DNA from: Bugula neritina
Lineage: Eukaryota; Animalia; Bryozoa
Assembly (NCBI GenBank): GCA_964035545.1
Contig: OZ037769.1
Span: forward strand, 11,872,633-11,936,632
Length of the DNA stretch: 64,000 nucleotides
Direction: 5' to 3'
Shown here: one piece after another, positions 26,738 to 42,141 of the stretch
Layout of the letters: every line of letters begins with the position of its first letter
How positions within the stretch are numbered: the stretch's first letter is position 1
Made by a program: the position numbers and the translations under genes
The notes under the pieces: model-generated
The model's input: only the letters and a program-made list of their open reading frames with translations
Database searches by the model: none
What the model was told of the DNA's origin: nothing

Positions 26738-29700
26738 ATGAGGAGACTTTGCACTAAACCCCACCTTGAGAAAGACAAAGGCTATGCATGGGTTATAGCT
26801 GTGGCATCGTTTTTGTCACATTTTACACATGTTGGATTGAGTTATGGTATTGCTGGTAACTTGACTATAGCTCATCAGCAGTTCTTCAACATTGATCTTC
26901 AGAAAGGCAGTCTAACTGGAGCCATACACATTGGAATACTTCTGATGCTTGGTAAAAACTTTCTTATAAAATTAATCTACTCTATGTCACTACTTTGTCA
27001 ATTTATTAGATATTTTTTAACAAAGATCCTAAGTCAAATGCTGTTACAAGTTTCTATTTTTGCATTAATTATCAATTTCAGGTCCTTTGGCTTCCGTCAT
27101 GATAAAGAAGTTTGGCTGCAGAATCACCCAGATAACTGGAGGTACCTGCATTTTACTTGGCTTTGCTCTCTCAATACTGTCTAGACAATTATGGCATGCT
27201 GTTGCACTGTACAGTGTTCTTGCAGGTAAAAGCTATTTTTAACATACTTCAAAAAAAACATTTTTTAACTTCTTATCGTATAGAGCAATATGACAATGAT
27301 CATTTGCGCTTTTCTCTCAAATCTAACACTTCATTTCTGACAATAGTTCTCTTTGATCGCTGTGAAAATAGTTTAGTCAGGTCTATAACGTACATTATAT
27401 CTAGCTTTTATTGATGCCACGTAGTTAGCAACATGGCCTATATAGTCTAGAATATGTTGACTAGCTATAAATCACGTTTTCGATTTTTAACAATGACCAT
27501 TATGTGGGATTCAAGGCATTGTGCTCCAAGCCATTTCATATTATGCATGAATCACCAATTGCAATAAATAACCTGTTTTGCTGATTTGTAAGTTTATTAC
27601 CCCTATGTCATGTTTAACTCTTTTCCAAATTTAACCATGGCTATTATAAATTGATGAAATGCTTTTTTAGGACTTGGGGCATCTTTCTGTTACAATGCAA
27701 ATTCAGCTATTCTCACTCTTTACTTTGAGAGGTTCAAGTACATGGCATTCTCTCTATCAATGTTGGGCGCCTACCTAGGAGTAGTAACATGGCCCCTTTT
27801 ATCACAGTATTTGCTGAGTAGATTTAGATATTCCTATGCTATGGGGATTATGTCCATCTTAACTCTGATCAACATTATTGCTGGAATTCTGTTTGTGGAA
27901 CCACGGACTGAAGAAATGTTAGGTAAATGAAAGCAATATATTGGTACTTATATAATATAATGTGTGTAATTGTGACCAAATTAAGGAATAGGTTTATAGA
28001 TATAATTGATATCTTTTCAGCTAATACAATGAATATTAGTCCTGGTTTTATGTAGTCAAAGACCCAAAATAGCTAGTTGCTAAAACCTCTGTTACATCAG
28101 TCTCTACTAAATTAAGGCAGTATTATACAAGTGATGATGTTTTGTAAATTGCTTTCATAAAGAGAGGAAAGATGCTTCTACATCTAATGAGATGAAACCT
28201 TCAGAAGAAGACCTTGAAACTGGAGCTGATAACCCAGCTGTAGAAATCAGCGAGGTGAATGAATTATTCTGTATATGTTGATACACTTCAACTTATTATT
28301 TGCATAGTATCTCTCTAACTTCCTTTGCAGTAGATCCATTTGACAATTAGTTACTGTTCTTTGCTTGAGGTTTGATTGCAGCTTCTTGCTATATTTTTGT
28401 GTCTATTTCTCACCACCTCATGTTGCACTTAGCGACATCTTTAAATTGTGCAGTGGTCTGCCATGATTCCTTTTGCCTTCACAGAGTTGAAAATACAGTA
28501 AGTTTCTGTGTATAAGACATTCTTTATTTATTCTATGTGCATGACCCAGCTACCAAAGTCTTTTTTTCTATTAGTATATCAGTATACATGCATTTTTAAG
28601 AGTTTCCTTGTTTGTGAATTTGTTTTGCCATGCATGCAACAACTTGTATTGTTCTCAGTTGCATCATCATGTAGGCATGCAGTCTTTTAACTTCAGTGTG
28701 GTACACCGTCCAAGTCTTAGCCTGATATAGTAGGCCTAAAGCTGTAATGACAACAGCCCTGTACACTTTACACTTGACTCTGATAGACATATGTCTGCTT
28801 CTCCAGAGACGATCCTGGAGCCTACCAAAAGCTGCACTGGCATTTCAAATTCTGTAGCTGAGTTCATTTTCTAACATGCCATTGTTTGAGACTGCGCTGG
28901 CAATATATCTGAAGTCAGTACACTGCACTAAAGGTCTCTTGTTGAGGGTTGTATTTAATGAGTTAGGTGGTGGGTAGGTGATCCTAACTGGCTGATATAA
29001 GCATTCCGTTTTCTTGATGCGTGTTTTTAAGCTAAAGTGTAAAGCCACTCTGGCAAAACAATCTACAAGTGCCTGCATATCTTCTACATAATGAGCAACA
29101 AGTGCACTGTCATTTGCAAACAATGTATCTTTGAAAAGAAATCTAGTTGTGCATTAAGTCTTCGATTTAACCTGGAAAATTTTAAAAATATTGGCATCAG
29201 GTCTAGTCTGGATGTAAACCCTTTTCCTTACATCTTTAAAAACAACTTCTAGGGAGAGTGCCGAGGTAGTGAGAGAACAGGATAGGAGCCAAGATGTAGC
29301 CTTTCCTGACACCACTTTGTACCAGAAACCTGTCTGATGACACTTGTGCTGGCACTACTTGAGCCTGCATACAATCATGCAATGATCAAATTACGTTAAC
29401 TATTTCAGGCGTGCGCCCTAGCTTCTTCAATACAAGCTAAAATTCATCTCTCGATACAGTATCAAAAGTTTTGTAAAATTAATGAATACTGCATACAGAG
29501 GCATGTTTTGCTTTTGGCATTTATTTTGAGCCTGACGGAGGCTGAACATCATATCAATAGTACTGTGGCCTTTTTGAAAACCACATTGAGTTCTTGGCAG
29601 AACTTCAGCAGATATGCTTAGACTTAAGCAATTCAGCAGCATACGAGCTATGATCTTTTCTGCAATTGACAGATGCAAGATTCCACGATAGTTTCCGCAG

Positions 29701-32367
29701 TCTTCAGGGTCTCCCACTTTGCAGATTGGTGTGGTGTTAGCATCTGTCCAGTCTTGTGGTACTTGCTGTTTTTTCTAAATTTCTTTAATCAAACGAAACA
29801 GTGATAGTTGCAACTTCTTATCTCCATATTTCGGCTGGAATACCACAGCGTCATGGAGCTTTGTTCTCTTTTGTTCTCTCAATGACACTTAATAACTCTT
29901 TTTTATCTGGCAATTCATCAAAACTGTATACAATCGATTGCTGAGAAATGCTACCAAGTGCTCTATGATCTGTGCTTCCTAGAACATTTAGCAGCCGGTT
30001 AGATGCTCAGCAAATTGTTCAGGGATTTTGTTCTCGTGTTGAAGAATAATATTTTCTCCATCACACATTTTTAGCTGGGTGGCTCATCTTTTTAGACTGT
30101 ACACTTCACACTGCAGCCCATGATAGAATTCTGTCATATTATTGCGCTCAGCAGTCAGATGCAAACCCTCCAATTTTTTTCCCATCATTGCAATTCCAGC
30201 CCTCTAGTGTACTGTTGAAGTCCTTTCTCAAGTCTGTACAAGCTTGGCCCTGTTGGCTCTTGTTGGTACCTCATTTCTAGCAAGGTTTGTCTTTTCAAGC
30301 AATAGATGAGCAATAAACAGAACTAAGAAAATGCGTCTATATAATTGTTTGCTTTACTTTAGGTTTTCCAAATTTTTAATGTTTTTGCAAAAGTAAATGA
30401 ATCTTACAACAAGTATATATAATTTTCCAGGAAGATTTCGATATAAGACCTGAGGGAAAAGAATCAGTTGAGCAAAATGAAACAGTGCACAAAGCAAATC
30501 TAAAGCAGGAATTCAAAGACTTACTGAAACAACCAAAAGTAGATTCCTTAATATTATTTGTATTGCAAAAACATGTTCAACAGTTTTTTATAAATAATTG
30601 TAAAGCAAGTTACTAAATGTGAGGAGTAATTAATCATTAATGTGATACATCATGCAACATTTTCTTTAGTAGAAATTTAAATTTTGCATCAAAACGAAAA
30701 TTATTATTCTATTAGGTATACGCATATACGTCATTTAGGTTCTGTCACAGCTTGAAAACTTCTTTTATATTTTTATTTAGTAAGCATTATGGGGTTTCTT
30801 GACACGGGGTTAAATAGTAACATGCAATAAACTTCACAATATGATGCAAAATTTAATTGTAACTTTTTTTCTGGCTGCATGAAAATTGATAACAAACTGT
30901 CTCAGTCAAACTATTTATTATTTGATAAAAATGCTAGAATAGACAAAATCAGTCATATGTTATTCAGCTTTGTAGTGTTTGTAGTGTAAGGTGTTGTTCA
31001 ATTGAAACAGGTTTGGATGGCTTTGATAAGCGGAATGTTTTGGTGTACTGTTGATGCAGGATTCTTCGTTCTAATCAATGACTACATTGTTTACAGTGTT
31101 GGCTTGAGTGAATATGAGACAGCTTTCGGCGTCACATTATTAGGTAAGGCTGTTTAGTATAGGTAGCATTAATTGAAACGTTTTACAGTTGCATTAAGAA
31201 ACCAATTGTTAGGGGCATTGCATTTGCTGACTTAATACAAAGACGTGTTTGGAAATTCTTTATAAATGCATTATTAAAACTTTCATTACCCATATTAATA
31301 TTAAATTAAATTAAATTTAAACTATTAGGTAGATACTTGTTAGACAAACTCGAGGCAAAAAAACGTTAGTCTGTATATACTTAATATATAAAAAGATATC
31401 TTACATTCCCAATTACTTTTTTGTGCCCCATCAATGAAAATTCAGCAAAAGAGTGTAGTTACAAAATATCTATGATCTGTTGAACAACTTCTTAAACAAA
31501 GGTAAAAGTATATCTAATCATTTTGCAGAGTGCTTTTATAAGCTATATAATTGAAATAATGTAGTACAATATATTATTCTTTAATTAGCTCAAATAAAAT
31601 CCAGTATATAATAATTATATTTTATATATATTATAATATTTATATATTGGTAAACTGAGACAACTTTCAGTTGGCAAGACCACAGCGTATGCTTTTATGT
31701 ATCTATGCAATGTAATTTTACATCAATTACAAAAGGTTTTTGCCAAAAAAATCTGAACATATCACAATTTAATGAAAAGCATCTAAGTTTTAAAAGACAC
31801 GCTCTGTAGCCCAATTTCTTTTCTAGAATAAAACTTGAACATGTTATTTAATTTTTTTCCATTTAGGAATTGGAAGTATCATTGCTTGCGTTAGTCTGGT
31901 TGTCACGGGCTCACTCAAGTTCAACAGATTTATCCTCTATTTCTCTGTGATTAGACTCAATGGTATCCTAACCCTGGTTACAGCTTTTACCAGTAACAAA
32001 GTACGTTTAAAAAGAGGTTTATATAACAATCATGGCGGTCTTAATCAGTAATTGTAGTTCAAATAGCATTAAAAAATTTTGCCAACTTGTAAGTTATTAT
32101 ATACTTTGAAGTATTGCAATATTTCTTCATGAAACAGCAAAAGACTTAGTCAATTTATCTTGTTATAAAAATAGAAAATGTACTACATCCTAATGCCACT
32201 ATGGGGACTGACAAATGGAGCTACAACAGCTAGTTTGCTAGGTTTTGTGAGTGACTTATGTACAGAGGAGCAGGTCCCTGTGCTATTTGGGATGGAGTGC
32301 TTGTTTGAAGGAGTGGGCGGAACCTTGCTTGTTCCCCTGTGTGGTAAGAATTGTTTTGTATATGTCC

Positions 32368-32415
<48 letters not shown>

Positions 32416-32693
32416 ACGCACACGCACACGCACACGCACCCACGCACGCATGCACGCACGCACACACACACATATATATATTATATATATTATATATATT
32501 ATATATATTATATATATTATTATAAAACTTAAAACATGAGTACATGACAGTACAAAATATAAATCATATCTTTATAGCCTACGTTGCTCAGACTGCTGGT
32601 GAAAGATATGGCATAATTTTTCTCGGCTGTTGTGGACTTGTGAGCGCCTTGGTGATTTTACCAATTGTAGTCAAGAGTGTGAGGAAGCAGTGA
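26738..32693 (+). CDS. SLC16/monocarboxylate-transporter-like MFS protein, copy 2 (9 exons, 453 aa)
   Basis: Exons 26738-26951, 27082-27225, 27671-27922, 28163-28254, 30431-30538, 31011-31143, 31867-32000, 32175-32343, 32578-32693 with GT-AG introns sum to 1362 nt. Motifs DKGYAWVI, GPLASVMIKKFGCR, YFERFKYMA; hydrophilic central loop and two hydrophobic halves. Confidence 0.9.
28330..30300 (-). mobile_element. Decayed RTE-clade LINE in intron 4 of copy 2
   Basis: DCGNYRGI.HLSIAEKIIAR...LPRTQCGF...STIDMMFSLRQ.Q.KC..QN.PLY..FINFTK, LFANDSAL, KVYRAVV..LLY..KTWT with stops and frameshifts. Confidence 0.88.
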
Positions 32694-35600
32694 GAACAAC
32701 ATTTGAAAGGCGGATGTTTGAAACGGATCTGAAAAGCTGTTTTTTAAAATACATTGCTCGTTCTGCAGAATTCCTCAACATTAGTCATTATCTCTTTAAC
32801 AAAATGATTATGAAGTTGTCGATCCAACTATTTTTGTTAATAAAGAATATGCATTCCTAAAGCTAATCATTTGTTTAGTTTTTTTTTATAATTTGTGTCA
32901 ATTATAAATAATTCTCTTTTTTAAAGTTTGAAAAAAATTATATCTATCTACACTGAGTTACACGAAAACAGCTAACTTTCTTATTAAGCTAATAATATGC
33001 AACTGTTATATATATAAATCAGATCACAAATAAACTTTACTGAAAAGAAATTGCTAATAATTATATTCAGATATTCAATAAAACTTTTAAAATAATTAAA
33101 GATAATTTTAGGCTCATGGTGATAAAGTTAATTCTAAATTGCACCAATGACTTATTTATTAAATCCACCATTGTTGTGTTGGGATTTCCCAATAGCCCAT
33201 AATATAGGTAGCATGCTCAATAAATTTTCAACATTGTACACACAAGGGGAGACAAATCATAAATGTTTGCTTTCTTGGCACTTGCACAGATAGAAACATC
33301 GTTGCAGCATTATATAGTTATGTTGCTATATTACACATTGTCAAACAATTTTAATACTTCATTGAATAATTTTTGCCTCCGCTCCAATATATATCGAAAG
33401 CTTTGTTGTATACTCACATTTAATACAAACTTGACTTTTTGCAAACCCTAAATTTTTTATAACACAAAGAGTGGTAAATATTTTTGTGCCTCAAAAGTAT
33501 TTCATATGCATATGCCTGCTATAGAGTTTGATCTTACAATTGGCTGCAATCATCAAAAATCTTTTCCAGTAAACATATAGATGGGATTAATCTCAAACAT
33601 ACTCATAGTAGCATGAACACTCAACAGACAGTTTACAGCTGCCTAAAAACTTCCACTTAAACTGGCTATGACTGAGTGAAAATAGTATTTTCTACGGTTA
33701 TGCATGACATATATTTTATTGTTCAACAAAAGAAAATAAAAGATGCGGCATATTAAATAGTTTGTAAAAGTTGAGCAGATATTATTTCAATTAATATATT
33801 CACTGTGATAAAAGTTATAGCAACAAACAAAGACAGCATTGATCAAGCTATCATGATGCCAACATGCCCTAGATTTAAAATACAACTTCAATGATGTATC
33901 AGATCAATATAACCAATGTCAAGGTCAATATAGGTAAAGGTCAACGTGAAAACAGACCTTTGCTACACAGCATATTATGGAAATATACAACATTATAAAG
34001 ACAAGCTTATATATAATTTCAGATTTGTGTATATAGTACCCATAATTAGATATTGAAAAACAGTCTTTGTGAGAGCGATCCTTATATATATAAACGTTAA
34101 TTTAACAATAAACTCATTTATAGATACCACAACAAACAAACTGAAATGCATTGTGACAAGTGGCTATTATAAAATTTGATCAACATATTTGAGCAGCGGG
34201 AAATGTTCAAGTTATTCTACTTCTGGGGTCACCGTAGAAAAACTCAACATTGTCGTGAGAGTTCATGTCCTGCCACATCTACATGTACAATCACAAGTAC
34301 ACTAAACAGTAGCCAAAGCTGCACTGAATGAAATGATGGATGCACCTAAATTAATGAAAAATATTATTACAATAAAAATAACATTAAATATATAAGTTTG
34401 AAACCCAATTTCAAGCAAATTCAAGGCAACTTTGCACAAAGAAACTTACTCATAAATACCTATAAGTATCATGTATAGCATATGCGGTGATGATCTAATT
34501 TAAGACAATAATATAATTGACATTATCTGCTTCATCATTTCTCTCCTTTAAACACTAGTGAGTATTTCATAAAACAGAAATTAATATTTATATAAAAAAT
34601 ATATGTTTTTGAGACATGACTGGGTCTCTATATAGTGAAAAAGTAATCAGGTTACACTTACATTTGAAACTTATTGCATATATTATAAGTCTCATCTATT
34701 GAAATTGACACTTTGTTCCTGGCATATATTCACCTTGTGCTACGTTATTGCTTATTAAGATAGCTTGCAATATACATAATAGCCAGATTTTAGAATTTAA
34801 ATATAATATAATTCTGTGTTTCTATATCAAACCAGTTTCATGAAAAGATTCCAGACTGGTGTCCTTCCTCTGGCAGAGTTTGGGTCTATACCACTTGTTA
34901 TATAGGAGCAAACATGCAGTATAGTGTATACCCTTTTCCCACAATTTCCAGCCTAGTTGCCGTTTCTTCAAGGCTTTTATTTTTGGTATTGCCACCACAG
35001 TCATTAACATAGTCAATGAAAAAATATTTTTAAGAAGATTTTTAAATAATAGAGATTTTTTGGAAATTTTTTACTCTTGATTGCTTTCATGCATGGTTCT
35101 AGTGTTGTTGTTCATTCAATCATACATTTTATATACATTACTCAAAGTTTCACATAAATTGATGAGTGCATTACTTTTTTCTAATTGAAATGTTTCTGTT
35201 GATTCTATATGTTCTATTCAATAATATATTTTGTTATTATTGAGAGACTTTTCAAAAGGCATCAAAAATATCTGCTGTTTCAGCAAAAGAGTTGTTTGGC
35301 TGATGTCAAATTTGCAAATGGAAAAAATTGACAAACTGCAGTTAATGTGCTTTTGTAGGCATTTCAAATAAGCAAATCCTACATTTGAGAGCTATAGATG
35401 TCTCTTAAACAGAAAGATAACTGCATGCTATGTCATAATCAATATAGGCTATACTTACAGAAGTTTCACTTTAAGAGCATGAATCACTAACCAATACCAT
35501 GAGCAAATTGAAGCAGCTGTCATGAAATAGTCTTATATGTTTTGTCTTTTTAGTGATTAATACGATTGTTTAATTTAGATTTTGAAAGGTACATATTACT

Positions 35601-36885
35601 CATTGGTATTAATGCACCAGCACTATGCGACATCTAAGTATCATTACCATTCAGTATATTATAAAAGTCTTTGGACATCATGTGTATAGATTTTTCATAC
35701 TAATTTACACAAAACCAGTAGTTGTGTGCTCATGGTGAATGATTTAATCCTAGAAGCTGTGAGGTTCTGCTCAGCAAACAAAAGATAAGGAATATACAGT
35801 TGCAGAAAGAAAAAATGTTTTAAAACTACAATCAAACATTTTGCCATGCTATTAAGCACATAGAACTTAGCCTAAGTATATGTTTGCTGTTAAAAGAAAC
35901 ATCTAAACAAATGCATGTTACCCTAGCATATATATGCTATTTATTTGCAGTACATTTTCTAACAGATTTTGTTTTTACTGAAGTTTGAAGTTAACCATTT
36001 ATCAGTGCGTTGCTTTACTAGTGAGGGAATTAATGTTATATCTACATTATTTTAAAGGATTGCTCAATCTTAGTTTAATACAATCACATTATAATTATGA
36101 ACTATAATCTAATGTGTATGCAAACAATTGTGACTTTGCAAAGGGATATGTGCCTAAAAAACAGCTTTTCAAAATTCCAATTCTGAGGGAGGTAAAATTT
36201 TCAGCCATGAAAAAGAATAGCCTAATACGTGACATGTGAACGCCAGTAACTATGCTGTTTGTGCTAACTATAACGCTAGTATTCAAGGTTGCTGAGCACA
36301 ACATCAACCAATAACGCTCAAGCAGTTACAGTGCACTATATTATAAGTCAGCTTTGGTGTGCCCGTAATATTGCACAATCTGACCTAGTTTAGATCGATC
36401 ACAGGCATTCATCCTAAAGAATGCATGTTTTTGCAATGCTTTTTTTTTATGTTTACAAGCAAAATATGGCCTAATGTTATCACATACATGTCATTTAAAA
36501 TGTCAAAAAACTATAGATTGAGATAATTCACATTTGCACTTCTATAAATATACAAATTACGAGCTGAAAGATCACATCTCACAGTCATATTTCTATAGTT
36601 ATTTATTTGTATAGTCACGTGACCAGCAGGAATGCTGGCGCTGTTACGTCACATTTCCCAGCTCATTTCAAAATCGGCGTTTTGGCTGTTACCAATCTAC
36701 ACCCTCAACTTCAACTAACTTTTTCTACCTTTGGTCAAATGCTTTTTGTCAATGCATGCTTAGAAAAACACAATATTATGTGTGTTTGACCTAAATGGCC
36801 ATTTATTAAACAAGATAGAGCAATCCTTTAAACAGACTCAGCCATTACCGTCGATGCTCTTTTATTTGTTATTTTAAAATTAAAT

Positions 36886-37306
36886 GGGTCATTTTACTTA
36901 ATTTAGTACACATTAGAAATCCCCATATTTTAGCTATTTTGTACAATTTAGCTGGTAATGAACATGGATTTTTGCCCAAAACTAGTAAAATATGAATGAA
37001 GACACCTAAATAATTAGGTTTATTTTTAATTTTGCTTGATTTCCCATGCTTTTTTTTAATTATTCAGTTACTTTTGATATCAGAGTGTTATGAAAAAACC
37101 ATAACTCTCCGAAATCAAATATAGCTGAATATTTAGAAAAAAACATGGAAAATTAAGCAAAAAAAAGAAGAACTCTGATTATTTAGGTGGTTTATTCATA
37201 TTCTACTAGTTTTGGGCAAAGACCCATGTTCATTAGCAGCCAAATTGTAAAAAAATAGCTAAAAACTGAAGATTTCCAGCGTGTCCTAAATTAGGTAAAA
37301 TGGCTC
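36886..37306. mobile_element. Fold-back MITE with long (about 180-bp) imperfect TIRs and 4-bp TSD (Sola-like)
   Basis: GGGTCATTTTAC... / ...GTAAAATGGCTC; AAAT at 36882-36885 and 37307-37310. Confidence 0.75.
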
Positions 37307-38879
37307 AAATAGTAAAGCAGCTCACTATAATACCCACATACAATTGATGCAGACCTACACTCAATTTAATTTATATCAAATTACATTGAAAGGTTCAAAT
37401 TGATTCAAGAATTACCTGCCCATGCATGATTTTTGATAAATTACCAAACTTTTTAAACAAAAACTGATTTCATGTACTGACATCATGATCTGCAGTGTAT
37501 TCTGGGTATTTAGGTCACTGACACTTGATATTATATACAAACCGGCATGAATGTAGAAAGGGTGGGTATAATTCTTTGTTAATCTAACACACAGAAAGCT
37601 ACCCCTGCAGCTATCATATGAAGGAGTTGCATAAACATGAAGGACATTCTATTGTTGCTCTACTTTACATCACATGAAGCTTTCAGAGCATAGAGAATTT
37701 CCTTAAGTCGCTTGATTTATTTTATTTTTAGCTAAGCATGTGAATAATTTTTATGATTATACTTCTTAGCCAATTAGCTATCAGTACAGTTAGTAGTTTT
37801 ACTGTGTTTAGGTTAGTAGATGTATTTATAGTACGACTGTGTAACAGTAATACGATAGTTTAGAGAAAATTGAGTGTACTTTATGCTCAATGTTGAACTC
37901 TTATCTTGCAGAATAGTATATGGATCTACTCTAACACAGTATATGACTCATCTAAAGGTTTGTAAGTGTTATCTATACGTACTTCAGTAAATATTTTGGA
38001 CTCAAACATTCTGGTGCAGCTTTCACAAAGTGAGCTGGTATCCTCTCTATTGGTTTGTTTGGCATGCTTAATTTTGACATGCTAAAATTGTTGTTCATTT
38101 GAAATTTTACAGCTAGTAATGATAGTATGTTGATCCACAATAGAGAGGTAAATGAAAAAAATGGATGTGCAACCCTGTGACCTCCCCTGAAAACATTTTC
38201 CTAAAATAGAACAGAAATTGTAATTGTTGCAGTTCATATTATGTCTTCAGTAGTTGTTCTCTCTTACATTAACAACCTATCATATTGCATCTTACTTTCA
38301 AGTATACAAACAGTTTGCATTAGTTATACGAAAATAGTAATAGACTGGCCAGTCATGATGCTAAGGTACATAATAAACAGTTACCTTATAGCATCTACAT
38401 GATTCTGGTATACAGGTAATATACATAATACATCTTCACTAATAATACTGTATATCCAAGAGTGGCTGCATTTAAGTTGACGGCTAGAGGATGATTTGCC
38501 AAAGTGAAAGTTTTTTCTGAAAGCCTAAAGAAACAGAAACCTGGATATAGAAATTTGAAGGTAATATCACTGTGTTCATATTTGTCATTGTGTCATTAGT
38601 ACTTGTTTGCAGTACACCTGCAGTAGTAATTGATGTTGATTTGTTACAAATCAATCTATTCACTAGTATTATAGGATTATATTTGGCATAATATATAAAT
38701 TTAACAAAAACCACCAAATCATATTTTCTTAGCAGTTACGTTGTAATATAAATTTACTTGAACAATGATACGGAATTGCAACACATTTACAGGTTTATGT
38801 CATATAATTGTATTATATCTGCCTGTTTAGAAATCTGATATGCCCCATAAGCAAAAACTCGCGCAAGTTCATATATAGT

Positions 38880-39071
38880 CACCATCCCTGTAAGAAAACT
38901 CCTGATAGATAAGGGTTTCTGTTAAATCGGGCTAAGGACTTTTTCAGATGAGTACAGGAGAAATTATGACTGAATGCTCTTTCTATAACATCACCAATGG
39001 CCTTTACTGGGGTTCGAATCTATAACTTCGTGCTTACTAGGCAAACAATCTAACCCTTAGACCACGGCTGC
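38880..39071 (-). mobile_element. tRNA-derived SINE (or tRNA pseudogene) remnant
   Basis: Minus strand GCAGCCGTGGTCTAAGGGTTAG (A box)...GATTCGAACCC (B box); cloverleaf stems imperfect; 3' boundary uncertain. Confidence 0.6.
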
Positions 39072-39921
39072 TCCTGATATGCTGCATAAGTACAAGCCAG
39101 TATAATATATCTAGAGTACACACATAACTCAGTATAATAACCTTACTGTATACTACTATATCCTGGACATCTGCCCTTAAACACTTCACCAATGCTCTCA
39201 TTTATATTCTTGAGTTTCAATACACTTTTTTTTTGGTGTTTATTTTATTTTAACCACAGTTGTTTGTTAAAATGTTTCATGGAACGATTATTTTGAAAAT
39301 AGCAGTCTATTTTATTACTCATATGCAAATACTATTTTAAGTATATTATGTCAATAATCTTTATTGAACCTACAACGGTTACTATGTTGAATCGTAAAAA
39401 ACAGAAAGCCAAACAGTATGTATATATAAAACATAAGCCTTTTCTCCTAAAGCCTGTGTAACAACAATGCTATAATACAACACTATTTCCAGGGTGCTAT
39501 AAAGTTATTAACATTTTACTTTATTAATAGGGCAAGGCTAAAATGACCATGCTCAAAAATAATGTTCAGCAGTTTTAAACGTAAAATCATATACAAGCTA
39601 AATCATATGAAAGTACATTGCAATGAACTTTTATGTTACAGGAAATATCAAGCTAGTAACTTATAATATATGATGATTTAGAATATATCAGTGCACATGC
39701 ACTTGGAGACCAGCCAACTATACTAGCAACTCAGTATAATAAAAGCACAGATCGACTGTCATGAAGATGATCTATATTTGGATCTATAAATATTTTGCTG
39801 GTATGTCATTCATCTGCCAATTAGTTTCAGTTACTGGCAGAGGTTAAAAACTATGTGTGTATATTGCCAGCATTCTAGAACCTGCCATTTTGTCAAAACT
39901 TAGCTTTGCAATACAGAGTTA

Positions 39922-40265
39922 GCCTAGGGCCACACGGTGCCTATTTTCGCATGCGAAAATTGGAATCACAAGTAGCAAAGGTGTCCACTGTACGCGTTGA
40001 GAAAACATTCGCACTTGTCGCTCAGCATTCTCAACGCAAGTGTGAATCGTCTCTGTCGTCGTCACCTAATTGGCTGGTAGTTATTCAGTGAGCCCAATTT
40101 CCTTATTTTAGTGCTACATTCCAGTAAATTGCGTTTTATTGAAAGCGAGTGCGATTTAAAAATGAAAGCTTTATTTATCACGCATCACTGACGCTACAAT
40201 GGACACCTTTGCTACTTGTGATTTCAATTTTCGTATGCGAAAATACGCACCGTGTGGCCCTAGGC
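39922..40265. mobile_element. PIF/Harbinger-type MITE
   Basis: About 70-bp TIR GCCTAGGGCCACACGGTGC... / ...GCACCGTGTGGCCCTAGGC; TTA on both flanks. Confidence 0.85.
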
Positions 40266-40527
40266 TTAGTTCTTGCATATCTCTTTGGGAGCTGTTCTTA
40301 TACTGAAGAAGCTCACTATAGGTTATTAGTGCATAGTTCTTTTATTATAGAGAAGGTAGACAAGTTGGGAGTTGTCATCTCTAGTATGTTTACTTGATTA
40401 TATATGCATGAATAACTTAAGCACCTACAGAAGCAATAACATATCCTACATCATGATGTATATAAAAAAATTTAAACATGGTTACAATCACACGAATAAT
40501 GCATATATTCTATATGCAGTATACCAC

Positions 40528-40701
40528 TGTGTGTGTGTGTGTGTGTGTGTCTGTGTGTCTGTGTGTGTGTGCTGTGTGTGTGCTGTGGGTGTGCTGTGTG
40601 CGTGCGTGTGTGTGCGCGTGTGTGTGTGTGTGTGTGTCTGTGTGTCTGTGTGTGTGTGCTGTGTGTGTGCTGTGTGTGTGCTGTGGGTGTGTGCTGTGTG
40701 T
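40528..40701. repeat. Compound (TG)n repeat
   Basis: Direct inspection. Confidence 0.93.
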
Positions 40702-41616
40702 AGAAATAAGCCCATTATGTGCCCAACTTTGACAGCTTTTGTATCGACTTTGCTTTTAACACATTGTAAAATATGTTTTTTTGTTTGGAGAGCAAGTCAA
40801 GTGTGTGATCGATTTGAAACTTGCAACTGAGTGCTGGAATTCTCTAAAACTTCTGTAATATCGGCTAGCTAAAATATGCACATTTCTGAAGAGTGTAAAT
40901 GTTTATACTTATCGACTTGAGTATTAAATTTGGAGTTTGACTGATTTTCAGTGTGTTTTGTTGACAGCATCTAATAAAACTAATGCTAAAGCCTTTCACT
41001 GTGTAACTATCTTTCAAGTAGCGCAAAACTAACTTCATTTTGGATCAGTAAAATAATCAAATGTGTTTAGTATTGCACAAAAAAGTAATTCTATATTGTT
41101 ATGTAATTTGAACGGTAATAAAGTGAGTTATGTTTTATCTTTCTTTTAGCTGTGCCTAGACAAAAACTTGACTACTAAAATATTGATACTTAATTGAAAT
41201 TCAACTTTCACCTCTCACTAAATGAAACATCATCTAAGTCCCCATTCATCATAATGATTAATAGCTTACTGGTATATTATCAACTTACAAAGTTAGACAG
41301 GTTTTATTCAACTTTAGGCAAAGTACAAGAACGGTTCATTTATAGCCTCAAAAACACACACACAGTCTACTATACTTGGTAACTAGCTCTTTAAACAGTT
41401 GCTTGCTTATTGTTTAAACATCTCAACGCAAGTTGTATGAGTTTGTTGTATCTTATAGAAGTTGTCTCTCCGTGAAAGTTAATTGCATTGTAATTATCAT
41501 CATGATTTATTTAAGCAGAAAGAGCTGAGTCGTATTATCATTCATTACAATAATATTTTGAATAGGATTATATGATATACAACAAAAATGCTGGAAATTT
41601 ATTTTGTATAAATGTA

Positions 41617-42141
<525 letters not shown>

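Noticed and set aside
38484-38717. Ser/Thr-rich minus-strand ORF as a possible exon
   Set aside because: No partner exons or family motif found.
38990-39071. Functional tRNA gene
   Set aside because: A and B boxes present but acceptor and anticodon stems pair poorly; treated as a SINE head.
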